A stretch of 63,779 bases of DNA, counting the filler, from Collodictyon triciliatum (lineage: Eukaryota): the NCBI GenBank assembly GCA_043381765.1. It is 13 parts of 13 records of this genome, joined end to end, with 100 filler letters (N's around TTAATTAATTAA, not from the genome) between each part and the next. Parts side by side here need not be neighbours in the genome. Positions count along the whole stretch, not along the records: positions 40,375 to 45,316 come from JBHJMP010005622.1; positions 45,417 to 50,358 come from JBHJMP010005623.1; positions 50,459 to 55,408 come from JBHJMP010005626.1; positions 55,509 to 60,457 come from JBHJMP010005627.1; 9 more parts are not named here. One strand, written 5' to 3'. A model generated the notes under the pieces. It was not told where the DNA came from and searched no databases. It worked only from the letters and a program-made list of their open reading frames with translations. Made by a program: the position numbers and the translations under genes. Each line of letters starts with the position of its first letter. Position 1 is the stretch's first letter. This document shows positions 43,362 to 56,035 of the stretch, one piece after another.

Positions 43362-45250
43362 TTACTCGGAAGATGTAACATGCCGTGTGGCAGACCCACG
43401 ATTAACCTGCCTTGCTCGTTGACCGAAATACTGTAGCAGAGTGAGTTTTCGTTTGTTGACATGATGTATTGAGTATTCATTAAATTAATACGGATGATTG
43501 GATGTGCCTGAAAACTGATATTTACAATTTTTTTTGTATCAGTTATGACATTTGCAAAAGGGAAATATAAGATTTTATTGTTTTTTCTGAGGAATTTTTT
43601 AATCAATTATAATTATTCCAGCTTTTGTTATAATATTGTTTATTTTCAGTGCTTAAATACACATAGGATAGAGCACACTTCATACCAGAGTGTGGGTTGT
43701 CTCGGAACTAAATCGCGCACTTGGAGCGATGTTAAGAATCATCGTCATCTTTGCATCCCCGCCTGTGTTTTCGAAAAAAAAAGCGTTGTCAGGTGATGAA
43801 CCATTTAAGTTTTTTTTCTTTTTTTCAGCAAGAAGGCTTGATAAATACCTAAAGAATCCTGCAAAAAATGAGTAAGCTTTGAATTTCTGTATGGAATATG
43901 TTGATTCTTCTTGGAAATAGCGTCCAGCACGTCAGCCAGAGCACTCAGGCTCTTATTAATGTGTGAGGTTTCTCGTAAAGCGTCCCCTGGAGTCATGAAG
44001 GAAAAATAATTAGTTCAGCCCTACGGAGGGAATATAAAACATGAGATGAAGATAACGCCGGAGAAAACAAGAAATTCATCATTATATTTAATCGTTATTA
44101 TGACATGTAGCCTTGGCTTTTGTGTATGAATTTTAGGGGGTTTTTTTTATTTGTCTGAAGTCTGAGATAAATTTCAATATCGGACTGGGATACTTTGCAT
44201 CGACACATCCAACTCAGAAAAAAAAGAATTGCAGAGCACTTACCTGTTACATGAGACTGCCCAACACACTCACTTCCAGCGAGGTCGGCCAGGGAAAGCT
44301 TGGCAACTGTTTTTGTTCCACTCACAAGACTCTGACTCTTGACATACAGAGTGACGATGCTTTTGGGAAAAAGGAGGGGGGGGGGGGGGGGGGGGGCGGC
44401 GAGAAATAAAAAAAGGTGAAAATTTGCTTCATAGAAAGCAGTTGCAACACTAGCACATAATTTTCGTGCCCTTCTTCATCGTGACACGAATGCATCGAAA
44501 TAAACCATTTTAACAGACTTCACGAAACCGTTGAAGTTTAGGCTATATTCATTGAGAAAACTAATACCACGTACCAATGCGAGCGACTGCTGTGCTCGTT
44601 TAGCGAAGTACATCCTTCTGCACGTCGCACAGATGCAGTATTGATAAGTGCTTGTACGTCTCGAGCTGAGTTCACTTTAATCTGAGTTGCGCTTGGAGCA
44701 GTTAATCCAGACTGATTACTACGTAAATCGCACCTATTATGTTTGAGGATAGTTAGTTTGGTTATTCAGGTATATTTGAAAGGAAAAGGAATCTGGCTGA
44801 TTTTAATCCCGATATAATAGCTGTATGATTACTCATGGTAATAAATGAAACTAAAAAGTGGGTACTGTCATAAAATGTTGTAATATATTTGATATTTGAC
44901 TTGCTTCGTCTCTATCGCAGATTTCTGCGCCAGCAAATCCCGAATCTCATTATTGTAAATTTCGAGAACAGAAAGCTGAAAACCAGTAGTATGTTAAATA
45001 TAACATAGAAAATAAATAGTGGATTGTAAAACAAAAATTGAAAATAAAAATAAAAAAGAGCATTTTCGAAAGAAAGAAAGGTGAGAAAAATGTTATTGAA
45101 AAAATGGTTTTTCTCTTCTATATAAAAAAGTCCTCGTATTGATCAACTACCTCTATATCATAAGAATAATGCTTGCTATTTAAATCGACAAGGTTGAACA
45201 GTTCGTCTAGAACTCTAGGGATAATACCGGGGTTTGTTGGTGTTCCTTGC
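43362..45250 (-). CDS. Kinesin-14 family C-terminal motor (KIF25-like), 5'-truncated
   Basis: [52 protein letters not shown]...[37 protein letters not shown]...*. The motor sits at the extreme C-terminus. Confidence 0.92.
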
Positions 45251-45584
45251 TGTGGAAAAGGAATAAATGGAAAAGAATCGTGTAATTTAGATAGCCATCC
45301 AGTAAAACTAACAGCGNNNNNNNNNNNNNNNNNNNNNNNNNNNNNNNNNNNNNNNNNNNNTTAATTAATTAANNNNNNNNNNNNNNNNNNNNNNNNNNNN
45401 NNNNNNNNNNNNNNNNTTTTTTTTTTTTTTTTATTTTTTTTTTCTTTTTTCCTCTTCTTTTTTTTTTTTTTTTTTTTTTATTTTCTTTCTTTTTTTTTCG
45501 ATAGTGCATGTAAAACATGGATATGTTGAATATGTTCGAATTGATAAAAAAAAAAAAAAATTAACAAAGGGGTCATTACTGAGG

Positions 45585-47257
45585 GAATTCAATCTCGGTA
45601 GTCGCATTTCCAAGAGGAGGCAGAGAAGCCTGATAACAGAAATAAAATAATTAGAGTGGGCGAAGGTGCAACTTTTCTGAGATGGTGAATTATGAATTTG
45701 TGTACATATCGCTCATGGTAGGTTCCTCTCCTTTTTTTTTTTTTATGTGGCACTATTTTCTGTCAATTTTTCTCAAGAATTATTATTACGGATAGTGACT
45801 CTAGTTCTCCAATAATCTCTGTGTCGGTTTCTACTAGCTTCGGATAGCGGATAAAGTATGAAAGGATACACAGCAGATTCCTGGAAATGGATGCATGGAG
45901 TAAAGCCACATAACTATTTCTGATCAAAGTAAACTTATTTGAATTCACAATATACCTGACAAGGTCTGCATTCGTCCCGCATACAATAATTCTAACAATT
46001 TTATCATCTGAACCCCCAAACATGTGATACAGCTGGAGATGTGGAGATGCAAGAGGCTTGAAAGAGAAATACATTCGGTTTACAACGGTGATTGAATGTC
46101 CGACAATCCCGTAATGGTGATATTGGATGTGCTCACTAAGTTTCCTTTCTTACCTCATGCCTTAAGTGCTCTGGACAACAAGGAGCGGGTAGTGTAGAAA
46201 TCCAACCAGTATGATGAGTGAGGATTCTACAGTGTTATATCGAAATGTGAGTCAACTGCCTTTTTTTTTCAGTTGTTTCTCTTTGGAATGAATAAAGAGG
46301 ATACATATTTTTCTATAGCTCTTTCATCAGAATACAATTATGTAAAATCATACGCAGTTAAAACCGATGATATAATGCTATTTCGACCAGAAACAATGTA
46401 AGTGAAATTTTCATATTTAGCGCAAGAATAAGTAGAGGCATGCATTAGTAAATTCACGAAAATAGAAGCATATATTTATGGTTTATTAACATGTAAATGA
46501 CGCTTAATTGTAACATTACTATAGGCTTTTTCGAGTGTCATAGTTTTCAGTCATGTTGGCCAAGGCCGAGATGATTGAGGATGATAAATATTGTCTCCTT
46601 TCAGGATATGAAATCATATGATGCCATATAGGGTCCTTTTTATTCCATAAAAATTGATAAAGATCAACAATTGTGAATTTCAACTTAGAGTTGAAATGGT
46701 ATATATTCAGTAAAAGCAGTTTAATATTTTACGGGGAGCCTAGGTGCTGCCACGAAGGAACGTATACTGCGGTTGAACTCTGTAATCACTTGGTTAATTA
46801 CAGAAGAATTTTGTAAAAGATTTGAAGGAAAATGAAGTCTTCCAGATTTCTGTTTAATAATTGGGTTTAGTATGACCCAAAGTAGATCAAATAAGATGAA
46901 CAAGGACAATTTATGTATTAACTCCACAGCAATGACATCATACGTGATACCGAGAAAATTTGTTGAAGGCTCTGCAATAGTTAAAACGGTATTGGTATGA
47001 TATTATTTCACTTTTCTGTTGCTATATATTATTTATCATGGTATCCTCTAATACGAATACATGACATATTTATAATAAAGATGAAAGAAAATACTTGTCT
47101 GCGTATGGTTGAAGCTGCTGAGTAACGCAGTCTACAAGGGAGTGTATTCTTGCCTCGAATAACGGGTAATGATGGAATAAAAATGTTTGCAGTTCTCGGG
47201 AATGACGATGGGTGAATACAACAGCCAAACCAATTGGATGGAATGTAACTTGTGGAG

Positions 47258-47345
<88 letters not shown>

Positions 47346-47678
47346 GAGTCAAATAAATGAGATGAAATACAAATAAATCATATCGACATAAATTGTTGTT
47401 GAGTTACAGTATCCATAATATTTTTTTTTGAAAAAAATCTGCCAAACTAGAATACCTGTTCAGGGTCAGGATTTGGGTCCGCACTGAACTTCGACATTCC
47501 ACTAAAACTACATAATTTTGAGGGACATAAATGGAGTGTACAAAATAAAATCTTGAAAGTATAACAATAACAAAACACAAGGATATATATTTATATGCAT
47601 GACGGCAACTAAGGAGTGAATGTTCTAATATAATTAAAAATACAACAAACAGCTACAATATCTAAAGTGACAAACAAA

Positions 47679-47746
<68 letters not shown>

Positions 47747-49271
47747 AAAGAAAAGAAAAGAAAAGAAAAGAAAAGAAAAGAAAAGAAAAGAAAAGAAAAG
47801 AAAAGAAAAGAAAAAAGGAAAAGGATGGTGACATTAAATTACGTTGAATCTGATCTTTGCCGAGTAGCTCTACCTAGTACAGGTTGTTCCTAATGTTAAT
47901 TGTAAATATGTTTAAGTCAGAGTATCTTTCGATGAACCTGATCGTACGATATATATGTCAAGATATTTGAGAGACTATAGCGTTGTGCCTGGCTTATACA
48001 AAGCTATGTTTTATTTAGAGTGTGAAAACAACAAATTCCTGGATTAAGAATATATATTTTTACCTGTTCATCAGTGGCATCTGATGTCTCTCTATTTCTG
48101 CCAAGAACTTCACTGAATTCGTTCTCAGATGAAACAGATGAAGGGTCATTTTTTAAGTTCCTCTGGTTGGATTCTTCGGGACTGGTTCCACTAAGTGTTC
48201 GAGGGCGTTGAGACCCAGTGAATCGGGGGCTCATAAGATCGATACGATATTGATCTATATCCTGGTTCATCGAAAGGTAGGATGATACATTTTCATATTG
48301 GTCCCCGATATCGTGTACCTGCTTTTAAAAATAATTAGACTGTTTTGGTTCCATTTTTTTGTGACGGTCATAAATACGCCAATGATGCAATACTGCTGTA
48401 CACAATCTCTAGGACTCGAGCAAGATAAGAGTTCTCTTAATATGTGTCCTTGCAGGGTTACGAAAGTGGAGTAATAATACCTGTGGTATTGATACAGTTC
48501 CGGTAATCCATGATGGTATGGATGATTTGATAATGGGGGACCGATTATCCCCATTTCCAGAATCAGGAATACTGTTTCAGTTATTTAAAGATGTGGGAGG
48601 GTTAGGATAAAAAAATAATCGGATAAGGTCATTATTAAAGGTAATAATTATCATCCAAGCAAGAAATATTGCCTTATAGGTTGCGGTATAATTGGAGAGT
48701 CGGTTCGATCCTGAAATGACACGGATATCAGAATATGAGCACTAGATGGGATGAATAGTAAAAGTGAAGTGTTCTTTATTGTAGTAAACGATTTATTTTA
48801 ATGGACACCTGGTGTGGGTTGGCAGTGCCTTTCACGAGAAAGATTTTTGAAAACATCAAGAGATGAAGCGAAGGTATGACATGAACCTATTGCCAAAATG
48901 TATTAGTGTGAATCATAAATAATATGAGCGGTATGTGTGAAATAAAAATCGTGCTATTCGGAGTAGACACTCCCATTTTTCTTGAAAAAATTTATTTTCT
49001 AATAAACCTTCGTTGTCATATCTTGAATACGAAAGGGGGCTGAACCAAACATATTTTCTCCCAATAAATGCGGGCTACATGGTTTTCTTCCTTGCTGCAG
49101 ATTAAGAAGACAAAAAAATAGGAGGCTGAGCGTTTATTACTTTTGGTTCTAAAAAAAATATACATTCGTACCACTTCTTCACTCCTGAGAGAGTCAAATA
49201 GGACCGAGTCGTTTTTTCGTTCGATGTCTTGCATCACCTGGACGAGGAAAGTTGTGAGCCAGCGATTGTTA

Positions 49272-49365
<94 letters not shown>

Positions 49366-49931
49366 GTCATTATTAAACACGAAAGAGAACTGGCATATTG
49401 TGAGCAGTGATAGCATAAGGCGAGTATAACTGAAAATGTCATCGCGTAGTGAAATCCAGAACTCACGAAAGTACATAGTCGTACCACAAAGAAAATACAC
49501 TTACAACAACTCGCAATTGGCCGGGGTCCAATATGTATGTTGCCACTGCGGAATCCACACTGAGGAGTGGTCATGAGATTATAATAAATACGTTTTATGT
49601 GCTCTTCATAGTAAGTATAGTAATAATAATAATTCTTATGCTAATGATATACATAAAGCTGTATTATATAGGGTATTCGAGAACGAGAATGATTCAAAAT
49701 GGACCAAATGGACCAAATGGATGTACGATAGAAAAGATTATATGAAGCCCTGCAATAAAAAAAACTGCAAAAGAACCGACGATACTTCACGAATAATAAA
49801 AAATAAAACAAAAATAAAAATAAAAATAAATTAAGAATAAACAAAAACAAGAAAACAAGAAAACAAAGTTGCTCAAGAAAGGCGTTTGAAAATATGTATT
49901 GAATGAATGGAAACCCGGCCAGAGGATCCAT
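45585..49931 (-). CDS. Folliculin-interacting protein (FNIP/Lst4)-like, multi-exon, 3'-truncated
   Basis: PGQLRVV/..MQDIERKNDSVLFDS (cf. FNIP [21 protein letters not shown]), HVIPSLHLLMFSKIF, and KIVRIIVCGTNADLVR/NLLCILSYFIR (cf. RTVVVG...LLYFLTYFIR). The start is tentative. Confidence 0.72.
47260..47344 (+). repeat. (GT)n microsatellite
   Basis: Direct reading. Confidence 0.95.
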
Positions 49932-50299
49932 CAGAGGAAAGTGCAAAAGATCGGCTGCAGACGAAGCGTGTCCCGAACGGTAACGATCCCACCACTCGGT
50001 CCAGTCGAGCACAAAGGAGAACCAATCGCGAACGTCGTCTATTTTTCCCCTTTTGATTGAGAGCCGAGTGTGAGTTACACTCGTGGGGGTCTTTGTTTCA
50101 GCCACAAGACAAAAGAACGAGCGCAAAAGGTTGAAAAAAGAAGAAAGAAAAAGACTCCAGGAAGTAAATGTCCGAGGTGATATAGGTGATAAAGCAACCG
50201 GGATCTGGGGCTTGTATGCTCCTTGTGCAATGCCAGGTACAAGAGAAAAAAAAAGAGGGGGTAATTGGCCAAACAAAGGAGCTGTTTTTTTTTTTTTTT

Positions 50300-50358
<59 letters not shown>

Positions 50359-50461
50359 NNNNNNNNNNNNNNNNNNNNNNNNNNNNNNNNNNNNNNNNNN
50401 NNTTAATTAATTAANNNNNNNNNNNNNNNNNNNNNNNNNNNNNNNNNNNNNNNNNNNNCAG

Positions 50462-52861
50462 ACAATATATACCTTATCTACAAAGGAGCTTGCAGAATAA
50501 TATTCCAAGCCGAGCTGGAGAACGACCGAAACTCCACAGTAATTTTCCCTTTTGCACATCTGTTTGATTGCTAATTGTAATTTTTTCTATCAAAACTTAC
50601 AATTTTGCTTTGCTCTACTTTGGAGTCCATTTATGTTTTTATTTATGTGTAAAGTTCCCATGGCTTTTGATGGAAGACAGCAGCGTCTTTTTCAAGAATC
50701 TGAGCGCAAACTACACACCAACTCCATACTCGCTGGTCTCTGATACTTCTCTAGAATCTTAGTTTCAAACCATTATTACTGCATTATCAGAACTACGAGG
50801 CCCTTCACTTTTCTTCCTCTCTTTATTTTTTCTTATATACGATTTTAATATTTTATTCTTTAGATGGCCCCACAAAAGCGTAAAGTGAGATTGGAATTGG
50901 CTGTCTTGGGTCCTGGGGAAATGTTTGGGGAAGGAGGCGTGATTGCCAGTTTCCCGCAGCTGGGAATGGTGATTGCAGAAAATGACACAGAACTCCTGAT
51001 TGTGAATAAAAGCGACTTTATAAAGAGTAAACTTGTTAATTTCATTCGCTCGTTCAAAATCTACAAATACAAGAATATCTTTTCTACTGGTATATGATTA
51101 TGCATAAATATAGTTTGTGTTTATCTCGCATCATGCTGATCAAAGAATTTCAATCAGGAATGGATGAGCCTTCCAAGCAAATCGTTCGCAAAATATGGGA
51201 GATGAAAAATACCTGGCTGGAAAATAGACTACAGGATATCATAAAACTTAAAGTTCAAAGGTACCGAATCCGTTTTTTCCCTTCTTTTTCAATCTCCTCT
51301 GTTCTTTGTTCTCTCCGCTTCCCCTTCTTGTGTCACATCCTTATTATTAAATGAGGAGATGGCGTGACTTCTGGTTGTTGAATTTTGTTCTTCATATAAA
51401 AAAGGGTGAAAAATAAAAAGGAAGGCTTTGCTTTTTTCCATTAACATTCCTTCAAAACAGCCGACCCACGGATATATTCACAAATGCGCACCAGGGAATC
51501 GTAACACCGAGGTTTTCTCGTCTTTATAATTTTCTCCTTCGTTAAACAAAGTTCATCGATTTTTATCCCGTTGAGTTGTCCTTTTTCCTTTGTTCTTTTA
51601 TAACCCTCAGAACCCAATGCAGAGAGCCGCCAACCACAAATCTACCGATTCACGAATCATTCGGCAATTCAAGTCCGCCTCTTCGGAGACCCCATCCACC
51701 TGACCCTGAACGAATGAAATCTTTGGTACGAAAAAAAAATCCCAATCTCAAAAAGCTAAATATTTCATCAAAAACATGATAAAAAACTTGATTAAAAATA
51801 AGATAAAAATATGATAAAAAACATGATAAAAAACATGATAAAAAACATGATAAAAACATGATAAAAAACATGATAAAAAACATGATAAAAAACATGATAA
51901 AAAACATGATAAAAAACATGATAAAAAACATGATAAAAAACATGATAAAAAACATGATAAAAACATGATAAAACATGATAAAAACATGATAAAAACATGA
52001 TAAAAACATGATAAAAAACATGATAAAAAACATGATAAAAAACATGATAAAAAACATGAAAAAAACATGATAAAAAACATGATAAAAACATCAACCGAAA
52101 TCTGCTCTTTAGGCTACACCGAGAAACCCACGGCCTCCTGCGAGAAACCGGCGGCGACTTCTCGAGCTCCTGCAGCAGAAGCTGAAGTCGAGCAACGAAG
52201 CGGGAAGTGACAGTCACGAAAACGAAGGCGTTCCTTTATCCACCAACGAGAATCTACCCGAAGTGAGCCACCCATCTACCGGGAATCTTCAAACGCCGCG
52301 CGGAAAGAGTCATCTGCCGCTTGTGTCTCCGCGTACGCCGTCATCGGGACTGCCTTCTGCGCGCCGCGATTATGTCAAGGTAAGTGTTTCTTGTCTATTG
52401 TCTTTCTTTTTTCTTGTGGACACATCTCTCTCTCTCTCTCTCTCTTTTTTTTATTATATTTTTTACATATAAAGCTCACATGTTCATTATAATTCCTGGG
52501 TTTCAAAATTACGTGCTAATTGCCTGTGCGATTGCACACACAAGGGGTTGGAAACACAGAGAATGCCTCGTATTGAAAGGAGTCCGCGTTTTGTAGAGAC
52601 GATGCAGTACACAATGCGAGGGTTGGTCTTTTCATACTGTTATCCGTTTTTCGTTTTTCCATTTTTTCTATTTTTTTTGTGACTGTTTTCAATATTCTAA
52701 AACATACAAAGATTTAATGGCGATGCAGGTAAACGCCTCCTTTTTTTAACATAGTTTTTGCAATCATGAAGTTTTCATGTATGGGTTATCACTTGATTTC
52801 TGTGTAGGATTTCGTGACCGAGCATCGCGGCTTTGTAACACGTCTGGGAAAGAAAAGATAA
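50462..52861 (+). CDS. Cyclic nucleotide-binding-domain protein, 5'-truncated, multi-exon
   Basis: DNIYLIYKGACRI and LAVLGPGEMFGEGGVI...VIAENDTELLIVNKSDF fit the CNB fold (YxIxxG...GxxFGE...A). Ser/Pro-rich exons follow. The 3' end is approximate. Confidence 0.75.
51770..52090 (+). repeat. Intronic minisatellite, ~11-12-nt unit AAAAA(A)CATGAT
   Basis: About 25 tandem units read directly. Confidence 0.95.
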
Positions 52862-53435
52862 GAAAAGGAACAGAGACTGTCAAAGAATCACACAGCCACT
52901 TCGTTTTGCAACTCTTGTTGATACTTTTCATCACGCTGCTTTTCTATACGCGACTTGTTTTATTCTGCGAGGCATTGCGTCAAATGTATTTATGCTATGT
53001 TATGTTTTGTTTTGTTTTGTTTTGTTTTGTTTTGTTTTGTTTTGTTTTGTTTTGTTTTGTTTTGTTTTGTTTTGTTTTGTTTTGTTTTGTTTTATTTTGT
53101 TTTGTTTTATTTTGTTATGTTATGTTATGTTATGTTTTGTTTTGTTTTGGTTTCTTTCCAGGAAGCAAACCACCTCAGAAACAAATAAACAAACAAGCAA
53201 ACAGAAGAACGGAATACTGATAAACACAATAGTCTTTCTGCTGAAAACCCAGGATGTAAAACCAAAAGGAAACACGAATCATCGCGAAAACACAAAATGA
53301 AAGAAACGTAAAACCAGAACGAAAAAAAATAAAATAAAAAAAAAATACAATGAATGAAACAAAACATAAAAAAGAAAAACAACAACATGTATTGAAAATG
53401 ATGGATGGCAAGCTCGCAGGGAAGATCTTGGAAAG

Positions 53436-55279
53436 ATGTCGGACATGGAAGAGGACTACGGCTTTGAATACTCTGAGGAAGAAGACGATCAGCCCGACAT
53501 CGACATCGAAAATCAGTACTACAACTCAAAAGGTAGGATCTCGTTCACTTTTCCTTCTTTCTTCCTTATTCTCCTTTTTCTTCTCCTTCTTCTTCTCCTT
53601 CTTCTCTTAATAAACATACCCACGTTCATTTGCATCGTGCCTTTTTTCTTTCATTCCTTCTTTCACTCTTGATTTAAATATTCATCTTTTTATTACTTTA
53701 CATACATATATTTTCATAATTCTATTTACTTATTAATGTATCCTCCAAACGCTTCTGACCCGCTCCTTTGCAGCGCTGATCGACTCTGAGCCGCAGGAGG
53801 CTTTGGAGGGTTTCCGCGCCGTCATTGACATGGAGGCCGAAAAGGGAGAATGGTCTCATATTGCATGCATATTATCCTTTGACTTTCACTAACACGCCGT
53901 TTATCCTACCTTGTTCTGCTGCTCTCGCAACAGAGATACGCATCACTTTGTGCCTCCCACAAGCATTGCGCTCTTTGTCGGGCTATGGGCACTTACGAGG
54001 TTGTTATTTATAGGGGCTTCAAAGCTCACAAGCAGATTGTGAAGCTTCTTTTCAAGAAAGGTAAATACGAGGACATGATGAAGACGTATCGCCAGCAATT
54101 GACGTATATCAAATCTGCTGTGACAAGAAACTTCAGGTAAACATTCCAACTTCCGATGAACGATATCCTTTTTATACTCTTCATCATTTTGCACTGTAAA
54201 TGATTCTTGAAAGCTGTTCTAAAGTGCCATTCCCCTCCTTTTTCTCCTTTTTCTTATTCATCTTCTCTTTCTCCCATATCGCTGCCAAGTGAGAAGCGCA
54301 TCAACAGCATCCTTGATTTTGTTTCATCATCACAGCAGACAGAGCTTCTGCAAAACTTTTACCAGGTCATTTTCTTTGAATATTGACATGATATCAAGCA
54401 GTGTGTCACGAGCTTTTATGGGTACTTAACTCATATTTATGTGATAATTGAATATAACTTTGTCAACCCGTCGCCTTTTTACTTTTGTCTTGTTTTGTTC
54501 ATAAAATAACTCACTAAAATCTCCGTGCAGACCACCTTGGATGCTCTTGTAGAGTCGAAAAACGACGTATTTTTTTTACTCTGAAATCAACATTTACCTT
54601 TGACACAATATTGTGGAGTGTTTTTGATTCATAATCATTTATGTCCACGGCAAAACGAAAATACCATATGGCAGAAATGATTCTACCAACGCCACTTTGC
54701 GTTCTCACTCACCATCATAATTTTTCTTTTTCTTTGTAACATCATTAGAGACTTTGGTTCAAAACTCAGTTGAAGCTTGGGAAGCTCCTTTTTGACCGCG
54801 AAGAATATCCGAAGCTTGGAAGAGTCTGCCATCTTTTTTCGTTCTGTTCATTTGTTTCCCTTCGTTCCCAAAAGAATATTCAATACACTTCGAATGCCCG
54901 CTTTTTGTCTGGATTGTAATAATGAATTACGCCGCTCATTCTGTCTTCAATAGCACACCTTGGATCAAAGCTATCTTACCGACTTCCTTTCCATTTTCCA
55001 CTCTTTTTCTTTTTGTTCATTAGCTAATCAAAGAGCTTCACAAAAGTTGCCAGAACGAGGACGGAACAGACGACCACAAGAAAGGCACTCAGGTTTTTCG
55101 AAGCACATGCACACGTTAATTATTTGTTGGCTATCACCTTCCTCTGTGAATATCATATCAAAATACGTATTATCTTGATGGATAAAAAAGGTTTGCACTA
55201 ACCACTATCTTAGTTGTTGGAAATATATGCCTTGGAGATTCAGCTCTACACAGAGACGAAGAATAACAAAAAGCTTAAG
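53436..55279 (+). CDS. COPS2: COP9 signalosome subunit 2, first ~8 exons; 3'-truncated
   Basis: MSDMEEDYGFEYS...DIENQYYNSK/...EKGEW/GFKAHKQIVKL...YIKSAVTRNFS/EKRINSILD...KND/RLWFKTQLKLGKL...DDHKKGTQ/LLEIYALEIQLYTETKNNKKLK. Confidence 0.97.
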
Positions 55280-56035
55280 GTGTCGATAGCCATCATTATA
55301 CAGATGTTTTTCCTCTATCCTTTCGATGTTGGATTTATCTTTTACATCGACAAAAAAACAAAACAAAAAAAACAAAAAAAACAAAAAAAAACAAAACAAC
55401 AGCAAAAANNNNNNNNNNNNNNNNNNNNNNNNNNNNNNNNNNNNNNNNNNNNTTAATTAATTAANNNNNNNNNNNNNNNNNNNNNNNNNNNNNNNNNNNN
55501 NNNNNNNNTTTTCTTTTTCTTTTTCTTTTTCTTTTTCTTTTTCTTTTTCTTTTTCTTTTTCTTTTTCTTTTTCTTTTTCTTTTTCTTTTTCTTTTTCTTT
55601 TCTTTTCCTTTTTCTTGTCCTTTTTCTTTTTCTTTTTCTTTTTCTTTTCTTTTCTTTTCTTTTCCTTTTTCTTTTCTTTTCTTTTCTGTTTCTGTTTGTT
55701 TCTTTTGCGCGTTTGATGACTTTTGCTCCGAGACTCATCCGTTCCGGCGAAGAAAAGTTATAACCGTAAAGCAGAAGCCAGTAAATAAAACATTCAATGA
55801 ATCCATCCTCAATCATATGCCGTTAAATCTCCACATTTGTACGAGAAAACGCTGCGAGAAAGAACAACGCCAGAAAAGGGCAAAAAGCAAAGTCTTGAGT
55901 CTTGATTCGCTCGCAAGTCCCAGCAAGTCGAATCAGCAAAAGCGCACGGAATCGGCCGGGCGAATCACAGCGAGTCAAAGTTTAGGAGCAGAAAGACACG
56001 TTGCACAAATAGCGCAATCGATAAGGACAAAAACA

